In this document: positions 8,207-18,000 of the stretch, in pieces
Layout: the number at the start of each line of letters is the position of its first letter
How positions within the stretch are numbered: the stretch's first letter is position 1
From: an uncultured Actinomycetes bacterium
GTDB lineage: Bacteria; Actinomycetota; Acidimicrobiia; Acidimicrobiales; Microtrichaceae
DNA length: 28,379 nt
NCBI GenBank assembly: GCA_903930035.1
Contig: CAIYXG010000470.1
Location: forward strand, 1-28,379
Direction: 5' to 3'
Notes under the pieces: model-generated
Seen by the model: the letters and a program-made list of their open reading frames with translations, nothing else
What the model was told of the DNA's origin: nothing
The model's database searches: none
Position numbers and translations under genes: made by a program

Positions 8207-8590
8207 TCAGGCGCGTCCGAGGACGCGGTCGACGGTGATCTCGAGCGCCACGCGGTCGTCGCGGGGCTCGGGCTCGCGGAAGCGCTCGGCGTAGCGGCGC
8301 ACGGCCTCGGCCACCCGGTCGGGGTCCTGGGTCACCTGGACGGTGCCCTCGAGCGTCAGCCACCGGCCGCCGTCGACCTGGCTCACGGCGGCCCGGCCGC
8401 CCCGGGCGGCGTTGCGGACCTTCTGGCTGCCGGCCCGCGTGATGATGCGGACCAGCCCGGCCCCGGGGTCCCAGCTGAACCCCACCGGCACGACGTGCGG
8501 CGAGCCGTCGGCCCGCAGGGTGGTGAGCGACGCCAGGTGGTACTCGCGCAGGAACTCGAGCGCGCTGGGCGGCAGGTCGGCGGGGTGCAT
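8207..8590 (-). CDS. PPOX-class (split-barrel) putative F420-dependent oxidoreductase
   Basis: C-terminal 127 aa of ORF 8207..10006: LASLTTLRADGSPHVVPVGF, SQKVRN, WLTLEG. Start overlaps the permease stop (TGATG). Confidence 0.85.
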   Translation of the reverse strand: MHPADLPPSALEFLREYHLASLTTLRADGSPHVVPVGFSWDPGAGLVRIITRAGSQKVRNAARGGRAAVSQVDGGRWLTLEGTVQVTQDPDRVAEAVRRYAERFREPEPRDDRVALEITVDRVLGRA

Positions 8591-11241
8591 CAGACGCTGG
8601 AGATGGCCTGGAGCACGTCGAGCTTGGCGGCGCGGCGGGCCGGGAGGATGGCGGCCAGCACGCCGGCGAGCGCCCCGATGACCGTGATGGCCACCAGGGT
8701 CGGCACCGGCAGCCGGTAGCTGAAGATGTCGGGGTTGTCGGCCGTGATGACCGCACTCAGCGCGAGCGAGAACCCGATCCCGATCACCAGACCCAGGAGC
8801 GTCCCGAACACCGCCACGATGCCGGCCTCCTGACGGATCGACCGGCGCAGCTGCTTCTTGGTCATGCCGACCGCCCGCAGCAGCCCGAGCTCCTTGGTCC
8901 GCTCCAGGATGGACAGCCCGAGGGTGTTGGCGATGCCGACCAGGGCGATGATGATGGCGAGCGCCAGCAGGCCGTAGATGACCAGCACGATGGTGTTCAG
9001 CGGCCCGCTCTGCTGCTCGGCGTACTCCTGCAGGTCCTGGACCTTGATGGTCGGCAGGTCGGCGACCAGCTTGTCGAGCGCCGTCTGGACCTGGGGCACG
9101 TCGGCGGGGGAGTCGGCCACCACGTAGATCGCGTTGTCGATGTTGAAGCCCGGCGGCACGACCTGCTCGAAGGTCGCCATCGGCAGGTAGATCGACGACT
9201 GGCCGATGTCGCGCTCGGCGATCACGGTGAGCGTGAGCTCCTGCTCGCCCGACCGGGCGAAGAACATGGGCACCTTGTCGCCCAGCGCCCAGCCGCGGTC
9301 GTCGGCGGTCTTCTTCGTGGTGGCGAAGGTGCCGGGGGCCATCTCGGACGGCGAGCCCTCGAGCGCGCCCAGGTTGAGCACCTCGAAGAACGTCGCCGGG
9401 TCGATGCCCAGCATGAACTTGTCCTCGCCCGGCGGCGCCGTGTCGGCCGCGCCCGCCAGCCCACCGGTGAGGCTCGGCGTCTCCGGGTTCTCCCTGGCGT
9501 GCCGCTTGCCGGCCGCGTCGGTGAGCCGGACCGGGCCGAACCGCACCGGCGAGGCGATCTTCACGCCCGGCGTGGTGGCGACCTGGTCGGCGATGTTGGC
9601 GGGGATGCCGGCGCCGATCGAGAACGTCGTCGTGTTGACCACCAGGTCGGCCTTGAGCGAGCTGGAGATCGTGCTGTCGATGCTGGACTTGAGCGAGGCC
9701 GCCAGGATGGCGATGACGGTCACGAGCGTGACGCCGATGGTCAGCGCCGCGGCGGTGGCGGCGGTCCGCTTGGGGTTGCGGGCCGCGTTCTCCCCGGCCA
9801 GACGGCCGGCGATGCGGCCGCCGGCGGCGAAGGGGACGGCCAGGACCCGGGCCATGGGTGCGGCGATAAGCGGACCCAGGACCAGCGCGACCGACACCAG
9901 GATGAGCAGCGCCGCCGCCCCGACCTCGACCAGCGGGTTGGGCCCGACGTCGCTCAGGCCCAGCCCCATGAGCACGCCGCCCAGCACGAGCATGGCCACG
10001 CCCCACACCAGGCGGGAGCGGGAGACGTCGGACCGGTCGACCGAGACCTCGGACAGCGCGGCGATGGGCGGCACCCTGGTGGACCGCAGGGCCGGGCCCA
10101 CGGCGGAGACCACGGTGACGCCGACACCGATGACGAACGCGAGCACGACCGTGCCGACGCCGATGGGTGGGATCCCGCCCTTGACGGTGAACGACGAGCT
10201 GAAGGCCTTGGCCAGCCCGGTGCCGAGCAGGGCGCCGAAGATCAGGCCGAGCACCGAGGAGACCAGGCCGATCACGACGGCCTCGAGGAGCGTGGCGCCC
10301 AGCACCTGCCGGCGGCGGGCCCCGACCGCCCGCAGCAGCGCCGTCTCACGGGTGCGCTGGGCGACGATGATCGAGAACGTGTTGTAGATGATGAAGCACG
10401 CCACGAAGATCGCGATGTAGCCAAAGACGCTCACGAACGTGCCCAGGATGTCGACGAACTGCGAGATCGACTCCTGGTTCTCGGTGGAGAACCGCTCGCC
10501 GGTCACGACCTGCTCGCCGGGGAGGGCGGCCGAGATGGCGTTGGTGAGGTCCTGCTGGCTCAGGCCCGGGTCGGCCGCCGCCACCACGTAGGAGAACTCG
10601 CCGGGGATCTGGCCGATGCGCTGGGCCACCGGGGTGGTGAACTGCAGCGACTTCGCGCCGCCCGAGTCCTTCCCGTCCTTGCCCAGCCCGGTGAGGCCCA
10701 CGAGCGTGAACTGCTCGGTCTGCGTCTGGCTCGCCACCGTGACGGTGTCGCCGATCTGGTAGCCGCCGTCCTTGGCCGACCCGAAGTCGAGCGCGATCTC
10801 CGAGTCGGTCTCGGGCCCGCGGCCGTCCCGGAGCGTCCCGAAGCGGAGCTGGGGGTCCTCGACCCAGTTGTAGACGATGGTCGGCGGGCCGAAGGAGGAG
10901 CCGACGATCTTGCCGTCCTTGCCCACGAGCTGGGCGGTGATGGTCTCGACGATGCCGCTCGAGGCGCGCACGCCCTCGACCTGCGCGACCTCTGCGGCGA
11001 GCCCCTCGGGCACGGGCGTGCGGATCTCGTTGCCGAAGCCGACCTGCTGCACCTTGGACGACCGCACGACGGCGTCGATCCCGTCGTAGGTGTCGCCCAC
11101 CAGCGACTTGATGGAGTCCGACAGGATCCCCGAGAGCAGCTGGGTGCCGGTCAGGAACGCGATCCCCAGCGCGATGGCGACGGCGGTCGTGACCAGCCGG
11201 CGCTTGCGCGCAAAGAGGTCCTTGAGGGCGATCCGGAGCAC
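8590..11241 (-). CDS. ABC transporter permease, double FtsX/MacB-type
   Basis: 883 aa with two FtsX-like modules (IIYNTFSIIVAQRTRETALLRAVGA; IANTLGLSILERTKELGLLRAVG), ARNPKRTAATAAALTIG, and multiple hydrophobic helices. Confidence 0.92.
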   Translation of the reverse strand: MLRIALKDLFARKRRLVTTAVAIALGIAFLTGTQLLSGILSDSIKSLVGDTYDGIDAVVRSSKVQQVGFGNEIRTPVPEGLAAEVAQVEGVRASSGIVETITAQLVGKDGKIVGSSFGPPTIVYNWVEDPQLRFGTLRDGRGPETDSEIALDFGSAKDGGYQIGDTVTVASQTQTEQFTLVGLTGLGKDGKDSGGAKSLQFTTPVAQRIGQIPGEFSYVVAAADPGLSQQDLTNAISAALPGEQVVTGERFSTENQESISQFVDILGTFVSVFGYIAIFVACFIIYNTFSIIVAQRTRETALLRAVGARRRQVLGATLLEAVVIGLVSSVLGLIFGALLGTGLAKAFSSSFTVKGGIPPIGVGTVVLAFVIGVGVTVVSAVGPALRSTRVPPIAALSEVSVDRSDVSRSRLVWGVAMLVLGGVLMGLGLSDVGPNPLVEVGAAALLILVSVALVLGPLIAAPMARVLAVPFAAGGRIAGRLAGENAARNPKRTAATAAALTIGVTLVTVIAILAASLKSSIDSTISSSLKADLVVNTTTFSIGAGIPANIADQVATTPGVKIASPVRFGPVRLTDAAGKRHARENPETPSLTGGLAGAADTAPPGEDKFMLGIDPATFFEVLNLGALEGSPSEMAPGTFATTKKTADDRGWALGDKVPMFFARSGEQELTLTVIAERDIGQSSIYLPMATFEQVVPPGFNIDNAIYVVADSPADVPQVQTALDKLVADLPTIKVQDLQEYAEQQSGPLNTIVLVIYGLLALAIIIALVGIANTLGLSILERTKELGLLRAVGMTKKQLRRSIRQEAGIVAVFGTLLGLVIGIGFSLALSAVITADNPDIFSYRLPVPTLVAITVIGALAGVLAAILPARRAAKLDVLQAISSV

Positions 11242-11242
11242 G

Positions 11243-11989
11243 TCAGTCGCCCAGCTGCTTCATGAGGTCGAGGACGCGGGCCGCGGTCGGCTCGGTCATC
11301 TCGCTCACGATGTGGCCGTCGGCCAGGAACACCACGCGGTCGGCGTAGGCCGCCGCCGTGGGGTCGTGGGTGACCATCACGATGGTCTGGCCCAGGTCGC
11401 TGACGGCGTGGCGCATGAACTGCAGCAGCTCGCCGCCGGAGCGGGAGTCCAGGTTGCCGGTGGGCTCGTCGGCGAAGACGATGTCGGGCTGGCTGGCCAG
11501 GGCGCGGGCCACGGCGACCCGCTGCTGCTGGCCGCCCGAGAGCTCGGACGGGCGGTGGGTCAGGCGGGGCCGCAGGCCGACGGTGTCGATCACCTGGTCG
11601 AGCCAGGCCTGGTCGGGCTTGCGGCCGGCCAGGTCCATGGGGAGCGTGACGTTCTCCAGGGCCGAGAGCGTGGGGATCAGGTTGAACGCCTGGAAGACGA
11701 ACCCGATCTTGTCGCGGCGGAGCTCGGTGAGCTGGGCCTCGGAGAGGTCGTCGAGGTAGGTGTCGCCCACGAAGACGCGGCCGGTCGACAGACGGTCCAG
11801 TCCGGCCAGGCAGTGCATCAGCGTGGACTTGCCCGAGCCCGACGGGCCCATGATGGCGGTGAACTTGCCCCGCTCGAAGGTGGCGGTGACGCCGTCGAGG
11901 GCGCGGACCTCGGTGTCGCCCTCGCCGTAGACCTTGACGGCGTCGACGGCGCCTGCCGCGGCAAAGGCGGTCTGCTCACTGGTGGACAT
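11243..11989 (-). CDS. ABC transporter ATP-binding protein (LolD/MacB family)
   Basis: Walker A GPSGSGKST, signature LSGGQQQRV, Walker B VFADEPTGNLD, H-loop MVTHD. GAGGGAG RBS. Confidence 0.95.
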   Translation of the reverse strand: MSTSEQTAFAAAGAVDAVKVYGEGDTEVRALDGVTATFERGKFTAIMGPSGSGKSTLMHCLAGLDRLSTGRVFVGDTYLDDLSEAQLTELRRDKIGFVFQAFNLIPTLSALENVTLPMDLAGRKPDQAWLDQVIDTVGLRPRLTHRPSELSGGQQQRVAVARALASQPDIVFADEPTGNLDSRSGGELLQFMRHAVSDLGQTIVMVTHDPTAAAYADRVVFLADGHIVSEMTEPTAARVLDLMKQLGD

Positions 11990-12031
11990 GCGGCGTGCTC
12001 CCTCTGTGGGCCGACAGCGGCCGGGTGGTGT

Positions 12032-12050
12032 CCGACCGCCGGGCGGTCGG
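12032..12050. promoter_or_regulatory. Perfect inverted repeat CCGACCGCC-G-GGCGGTCGG upstream of the ABC operon (operator or GT2 terminator)
   Basis: 9-bp perfect arms with a 1-nt centre, in the 72-nt gap between the GT2 stop and the ABC ATPase start. Confidence 0.45.
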
Positions 12051-12058
12051 CGCTCCGG

Positions 12059-12064
12059 AGCCTA
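12059..12064 (-). promoter_or_regulatory. Candidate -10 (TAGGCT) for the ABC operon, overlapping the GT2 stop codon
   Basis: TANNNT match about 70 nt upstream of the ATG at 11989. Confidence 0.35.
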
Positions 12065-13201
12065 CCGGGGGTCGTCGGCTGCGGGCTCTGGCGTGGGCAA
12101 CGCCGGCCCGGCGGCGACCATTCCGGCCGCGTCGTCGGCGGGCTCCTCCGCGAGCGGCAGGAGCGGACCGAGCACGTGCACGTCGTCGGCGGCGTCGTCC
12201 AGCCCGGCCCGGGCGTCCACCACGAGGTGGTCGGGCACCGCGGCCACGTCCTCGGCGACGGACCGCCGGTCGTCGGACGCGGCCAGCGCCTCCGCCCCGG
12301 CAGGCAGCCAGATGCGGTCCGACAGCGGGGCGACCCACGCCACGGCCCAGCGGGCCCAGTTCTTGATCTCGGTCGGCTGCGCCCGGCGGGCCAGGAGCAG
12401 CAGGCGGCGCGCCTCCTTGCGGTCGCGCATGCGGGCCGCGGCCACGCCGCCGACGGTGGCGTACCGGGTGAGCATGTCGCCGTCGGGGATCGGGGTGCGG
12501 GCCAGCGCCTCGAGCCCCTGCAGGGCCCAGCGCAGACGGAGGGCGTCGCCCTCGGGCACCGGGCCGACGTCCCGCTCGTTCCAGCGCACCAGCACCTCGG
12601 GGGTGTGGGTGACCTTGGCACCGTGGTCGCCGACCGAGCCGAGCAGTCGCAGGCCGACCTCGGTGAGCGACTCGGAGTCGCCCGGGCCGCCGAACCCTCC
12701 GACCTCCAGCAGGCGGTCGCGCGTGGTGGTGAACGCACCGGTCCGGAAGCTCACGGTGGCACGCATCCCGGCCGGTCCGACGGGCATGGGCTCGATCTCG
12801 CTGGTCGAGGCGTCCAGGTGGCGGTGCTCGCCGGCGCAGCTCACGAGCGCCGCACCGGTGGCGTCGATGATCCGGCCCATGCGGGCGAGCCAGCCGGCGG
12901 CGACCTCGTCGTCGGGGTCGAGCACCAGGATCCAGTCGCCGGTCGCACGCTGCAGCCCCGACGTGCGGGCGGCAGCGATGCCGGCGCGCTCCTGGCGCAC
13001 GATGCGCACCCGGGAGTCGGCCACGGCGCGGGCGGCGGCGACGCTGTCGTCGGTGGAGCCGTCGTCGACCACCACGACCTCGACGTCCACGAAGGTCTGT
13101 GCCAGCACCCCGGCGACGGCACGACCCACGACGTCCTCGCGGTCCTGGACCGCGATGATCACGCTGAATCGAGGTGGCACGTCCCCCGTGCGGTGCAACA
13201 C
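12062..13201 (-). CDS. Glycosyltransferase family 2 (GT-A) with acidic low-complexity C-terminal tail
   Basis: RFSVIIAV, VVVVDDGSTDDS, GIAAARTSGL, ILVLDPDD (DxD-like). The start is uncertain: GTG at 13201 (leaderless, GACACT 6 nt upstream) or GTG at 13180. Confidence 0.8.
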   Translation of the reverse strand: MLHRTGDVPPRFSVIIAVQDREDVVGRAVAGVLAQTFVDVEVVVVDDGSTDDSVAAARAVADSRVRIVRQERAGIAAARTSGLQRATGDWILVLDPDDEVAAGWLARMGRIIDATGAALVSCAGEHRHLDASTSEIEPMPVGPAGMRATVSFRTGAFTTTRDRLLEVGGFGGPGDSESLTEVGLRLLGSVGDHGAKVTHTPEVLVRWNERDVGPVPEGDALRLRWALQGLEALARTPIPDGDMLTRYATVGGVAAARMRDRKEARRLLLLARRAQPTEIKNWARWAVAWVAPLSDRIWLPAGAEALAASDDRRSVAEDVAAVPDHLVVDARAGLDDAADDVHVLGPLLPLAEEPADDAAGMVAAGPALPTPEPAADDPR

Positions 13202-13268
13202 AGCTGGAGTGTCCCACGATCCGGCCCCGAAGTGGCGGATAGTGCCGGCCCCACGACCGCGCGTGACC

Positions 13269-14930
13269 TCAGTCGCGTGGGAGCACCCGGTAGACGGTGA
13301 CGTCGCCGGACCTGGCGAGCTGCTGCAGCTCGAGCTCGGAGGACAGCCGGTCCAACGGCCACAGGTGGCCGTAGCGCGGTTCCTGGTCGATCCAGACCAG
13401 GCAGGTCGGGGTCGACGCCAGCGTCGGCTCCAGCTCCTCGAGGTCGTCGACCCGCTCGTTGGACTCCAGGCCCGTGCGCCGCGGGCTCCACCGTGCCTCG
13501 ACCGCCGGGTAGAGGCCGTTCGGCAGGTTGGAGTAGGTGCGACAGCCCGCAGGGAGTGCTGCGAGCGCCGGGTTCCGCCGCACCTCCACGAAGGTGTCCG
13601 ACGAGTAGTTGCCGTTGAAGAACGGGTTGCCGGTGAGGAACAGCACGAGCCCGGCGAGCCCGGCCGCGACGTTGGCGCCCGCCCAGAAGCGGGCGGCGAG
13701 CACACCGCGGCGGTGCCACGGCTGCACGGTGTCGCTCCCGAGCGCCCGGGTGGAGTCGACCACCACCAGCCCGAGCGTGAGCAGCGGGAAGTACGCGGGG
13801 TTCAGGAGCCGCAGGTCGAGCTGGTTGAGCGCCGTCGTGGACCGCACGTAGAGCATGTAGGCCAGGTAGAGCACGGCGGTGAGCAGCAGCAGGCCGGGCC
13901 CGCGGCCGAGCACGGCCCAGGCCCGTCGGGCCCGCAGCGTGAACGACGCACCGCCGTTGCCGACGACCTCGACCCCGGCGACGGTGCGGGACGCGCCGAG
14001 GACCTTCCAGACCACGACGACGGCGACCGCCAGCCCCACCAGCCCGACGGCGGCCCACACCTTGTCGAACCCGTTGGCCACCCCGGGCAGCAGGAAGCGG
14101 CCCAGCGTGGCGACGATGTCGAACGCGTTGTCGACCAGCCCGCGCGCCGAGGGGTAGCGCTCGCCGGTGTAGGTCCCGTCGAGCCCGTGGTTGCGGAGCA
14201 TCCAGAGCGCCGGCACCAGGACCGCCACGGCCCCGAACAGCGCGGCACGGCCCACCCGGGCCACCAACCTCCGTGAGCCGTCGAGCAGCAGCCAGAGCCC
14301 GCCGGTCCCGATGAGCGCGACCGCCACGTAGCGCAGCCCGAACCCGACCCACACCCAGAGCCCCGCCACGCCCGGCCACCACCACGCCGTGCGTTCCTGG
14401 GCCGTGAGCAGGGTGAGCAGCAGGCACATGACCACGACGGCGAACGCGAAGTCCGTCATGAGCAGGTGGCCGAACCCGACGGTCGACGAGCCCAGGCCGA
14501 TGACCAGCGTCCCCAGCAGGACCAGGTGCGGGTCCAGGACCAGGCGCGCCAGCAGCCGGTGGCCCACCAGGACGGCGGCGGCCACCGTCGCGGCGTTGAG
14601 CACGACCGCGGCACCGGTGGTGCTGAGCGGAGTGGCCCACGCGACCGCGGCCATGAGCGAGGGCCAGAGCGGCGGCCAGATCGTCAGGGGGCGCTCGAGG
14701 AAGTAGCCGAGCCCGTCGCCCGCGAGCAGCGAGTCGGCGATGGCGCGGTACCCGACGCCGTCGTCGCCCGTCGCGATCCCGTGGACGTTGCTGACCAGGA
14801 CGACCAGCGCCGACACCGCGGCCAGGAGCCCGACCCAGTGGCGTCGGACCCACGCGGCGGCGGGCGGGCCGCCGGCCTGGTCGTCGGCAGTCGTGGTCGG
14901 GCTGCCGGCGTCCCCGGTGGTCGTGCTCAT
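13269..14930 (-). CDS. Polytopic membrane protein, probable GT-C fold (PMT/ArnT-like) glycosyltransferase
   Basis: C-terminal 553 aa of ORF 13269..16937. First TM helix followed by TGDDGVGY (acidic loop), WPPLWP, LMTD, RY motif and many TM helices, then a soluble C-terminal domain. Confidence 0.7.
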   Translation of the reverse strand: MSTTTGDAGSPTTTADDQAGGPPAAAWVRRHWVGLLAAVSALVVLVSNVHGIATGDDGVGYRAIADSLLAGDGLGYFLERPLTIWPPLWPSLMAAVAWATPLSTTGAAVVLNAATVAAAVLVGHRLLARLVLDPHLVLLGTLVIGLGSSTVGFGHLLMTDFAFAVVVMCLLLTLLTAQERTAWWWPGVAGLWVWVGFGLRYVAVALIGTGGLWLLLDGSRRLVARVGRAALFGAVAVLVPALWMLRNHGLDGTYTGERYPSARGLVDNAFDIVATLGRFLLPGVANGFDKVWAAVGLVGLAVAVVVVWKVLGASRTVAGVEVVGNGGASFTLRARRAWAVLGRGPGLLLLTAVLYLAYMLYVRSTTALNQLDLRLLNPAYFPLLTLGLVVVDSTRALGSDTVQPWHRRGVLAARFWAGANVAAGLAGLVLFLTGNPFFNGNYSSDTFVEVRRNPALAALPAGCRTYSNLPNGLYPAVEARWSPRRTGLESNERVDDLEELEPTLASTPTCLVWIDQEPRYGHLWPLDRLSSELELQQLARSGDVTVYRVLPRD

Positions 14931-15038
14931 CAGGGGGACATCGTCGTGCCCGCGGCCCCGCGAGACAAGTACCCGCCACACGAACCGTGCCGGGCCCGTC
15001 CCGGCAGGCTGCCCGGCACCCGGTGACGCGGCGACTCG

Positions 15039-15044
15039 TATGCT
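15039..15044 (+). promoter_or_regulatory. Candidate -10 (TATGCT) for the cyclase gene (leaderless or very short leader)
   Basis: TANNNT match 9 nt upstream of the ATG at 15054; no SD motif. Confidence 0.4.
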
Positions 15045-15053
15045 GGCCGGACG

Positions 15054-18000
15054 ATGAAGTGCGACCAGTGCGACGGCGACAACCTCCCGGAAGCACGGTT
15101 CTGCTCGTTCTGCGGCCGGTCGCTGACGCGGCCGGTCGAGGAGCGACGGGTGGTCACCGTCCTGTTCGCCGACCTGGTGGGCTTCACGACGCTCGCCGAG
15201 CACCGTGACCCCGAGGACGTCAAGGTCATGGTCGACCAGCTGTTCGAGCAGCTGGTCCGGGTGGTGCACGACCACGGCGGCCAGGTGGACAAGATCGTCG
15301 GCGACGCCGTGGTGGCGCTCTTCGGCGCCCCCGTGGCCCACGAGGACGACGCCGAGCGGGCGGTCCGTGCTGCGCTGCGGATGCAGGAGGTGACGGCCGA
15401 GTACGCCGTCCACGCCGACACGCCGCTGCAGCTGCGCGTCGGGCTCAACACCGGTGAGGTCCTGACCGGCGCGCTGCGCGCCGGTGGCGACTACACGGCG
15501 ATGGGCGACGTCATGAACACGGCGTCGCGCCTGCAGACCTCGGCCGAGCCCGGCCAGGTGCGCGTGGCCGAGTCGACCTTCCGGGCGACGCACCAGGTGG
15601 TCGCCTACGACGCGCTGGGCCCGTTGCAGGCCCGCGGGCGCGAGGTGCCGGTCGACGCCTGGGTCGCCACCTCGGCGCTCCTCCCGCCGGGCTACCGGCC
15701 CCGTCGCCGTCGGACGCCGCTGGTGGGCCGCGAGGCCGAGCTCGACCTGCTGCTGACCACGGCCCGGCTCTCCCTCCGCCACCGCCGGGGCCAGACGCTC
15801 GTGGTGGTCGGCGAGGCGGGGCTGGGCAAGCAGCGGCTCGCCAACGAGCTCACCGACCAGCTCCAGGTCGAGGACGACGTGCTGGTCATGGCCGGCCGCT
15901 GCGTGCCCTACGGCGAGGCCAACCCGTTCTGGCCGCTGGCCGAGGCCGTGCGCTCGGGCGTGGGCGTGGGCCGCGACGAGCCGCGGGAGTCGGCGGTGGC
16001 CACGCTGCGCGCCGCGGTGGACGCCGTCGCCGGCAACGTGCCCCGGCTCCGGCCCGAGGTCGTGGTCGACGGCCTGCTGAACCTCCTGGACTACGACGGG
16101 CCGCTGCGGCTGCTCGAGGGCGCCAAGGCGCGCGCCGAGACCACGCAGGCACTGCTGACGTTCCTCGAGGCCGTGCTCGAGGACCAGCCGGTCGTGCTGC
16201 GCCTCGCCGACCTCCACTGGGCCGACGAGACGGTGCTCGACATGGTCGACGAGCTCACCGAGCAGCTCCAGCGCCTGCCGCTCGTGGTCGTCGCCACCTC
16301 CCGCACCGTGCTGTCGTCGCGCTGGGCGCCCAACCCGGGCCGCAACAACGTGGTGGTCCTCCACCTCGACCCGCTGGAGCGGACGGCGGCGGGACGGCTC
16401 CTCGACACGCTCGGCGGCGGGGACCTGGACGCCACGACCTACGAGGCGCTCCTGGACCGGGCGGGCGGCAACCCGTTCTACCTGGAGGAGCTGGTGACGC
16501 TGGTCGGCCAGCGCGGCGGGCTCGACGCCCCGACGGCCGAGCTGCCCGACACGCTCCGGGGCCTGGTGGCGGCGCGGCTGGACGGCCTGGGGCCGGACGA
16601 GCAGGCGGTCATCGAGGACGCTGCCGTCTGGGGCCGGTCGGGCATGAAGGTCACGCTGGAACGGATGGGGGAGTCGATCCGGGGCGTCGGTGACGTCGAC
16701 GGCGCCCTGGCGTCCCTGGCCGACAAGGACGTGCTGGTGCTCGACGGGGACGCATGGTCGTTCCGCAGCGACGTCATGCGCGAGGTCGCCTACTCCCGGC
16801 TCACCCGACGCGACCGTCTGGTCCGCCACGCCGGCACCGCCGACCGGCTCGAGGCGATCTGTGCCGAGCTGGGCTCGGCCGACCGTCCGGACACGCTGGT
16901 CCTGGCGACGGCGCGCCACTTCGCCGAGGCGGCGCACCTTGCCGACGAGCTGGGCGAGCCGGCGGGCTACGAGGGTCTCCGCGGCCGTGCCGTCCGGTGG
17001 GTCGAGGAGGCGGGCCAGGTGGCGGAGGAGGCGGCCAACTGGCGGCTGGCCGACCAGCTGATGTCGCAGGCGCTCGACCTGGTGGGCGCGCAGGACCCGC
17101 CGTCGCGCCTCGAGCTGCTGCTCTCACGGTCCCTGGTGCGCAGCGAGCAGTGGAACTTCGCCGGCGCGCGCCAGGACGCCACCGAGGCGCTGGCCCTGGC
17201 CGACGGCACGACGGACCAGGTGCTGCAGGCCCGTGCGCACCTGCGCCTGGGCCAGGCCCTGATGCGCTCGGGGGAGTGGGCCGACTCCGACCGGGAGTTC
17301 GACGCCGCGCTGGCGCGCTACGTCGACGCCGGCGACGTCCGGGGCCAGGCCGAGACCATGCGCCAGAGCGGCATGGCCCACCTGCTGCGGGGCGACCACG
17401 TGGGTGCGGCGGACCCCATTGCCGGGTCGCTCGACCGGTTCCGGGCGCTCATGGACCGGCGCGGCGAGGCCTGGGCGCTGCAGAACCTGGCGTGGATCGC
17501 GTTCGTGGAGGGCCGCGCCGACGGGGCCGAGGTGCTGGCGCTCGAGTCGGAGCAGGCGTTCGTGGAGGTGGGCGACCAGGGCGGGCTGGCCTGGACGCGG
17601 GGGCTCCTGGCCTTCATCCGGTTCGGCCAGGGCGACTTTGCGACGGCCCGCGAGCTTGCGGCCGAGGTGCTCCACGAGTCGGAGCGGCGGGGCGACGCGT
17701 TCGGCACGGGGATGATGCAGCTGGTCGAGGCGGGCATCGAGCTGTGGTCCGGGCACCCGGCGGCCGCGTCGGAGGTGATCGCGGACGCCGTCGGCCACTT
17801 CCGGGCGGTCGGTGACCTGTTCGGCCTGGAGCAGGCACTCGCCCTGCAGGGCCGCGCCCTGGTCATGTCGGGCGACGTCGCCCGGGGCACGGCGGTGCTG
17901 GACGAGGCGGCCGAGGTGAGCGTGGGGACCTCGACCACCTTCGCCGCCGCGGTCCGCACGCTGCTCGACGTGCAGCTCGGCCGGCCCGACGCGCTGCGCG

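Noticed and set aside
14930-14941. Three-codon upstream ORF (ATG TCC CCC TGA) overlapping the membrane-protein start
   Set aside because: No RBS or -10 positioned to translate it; easily arises by chance.
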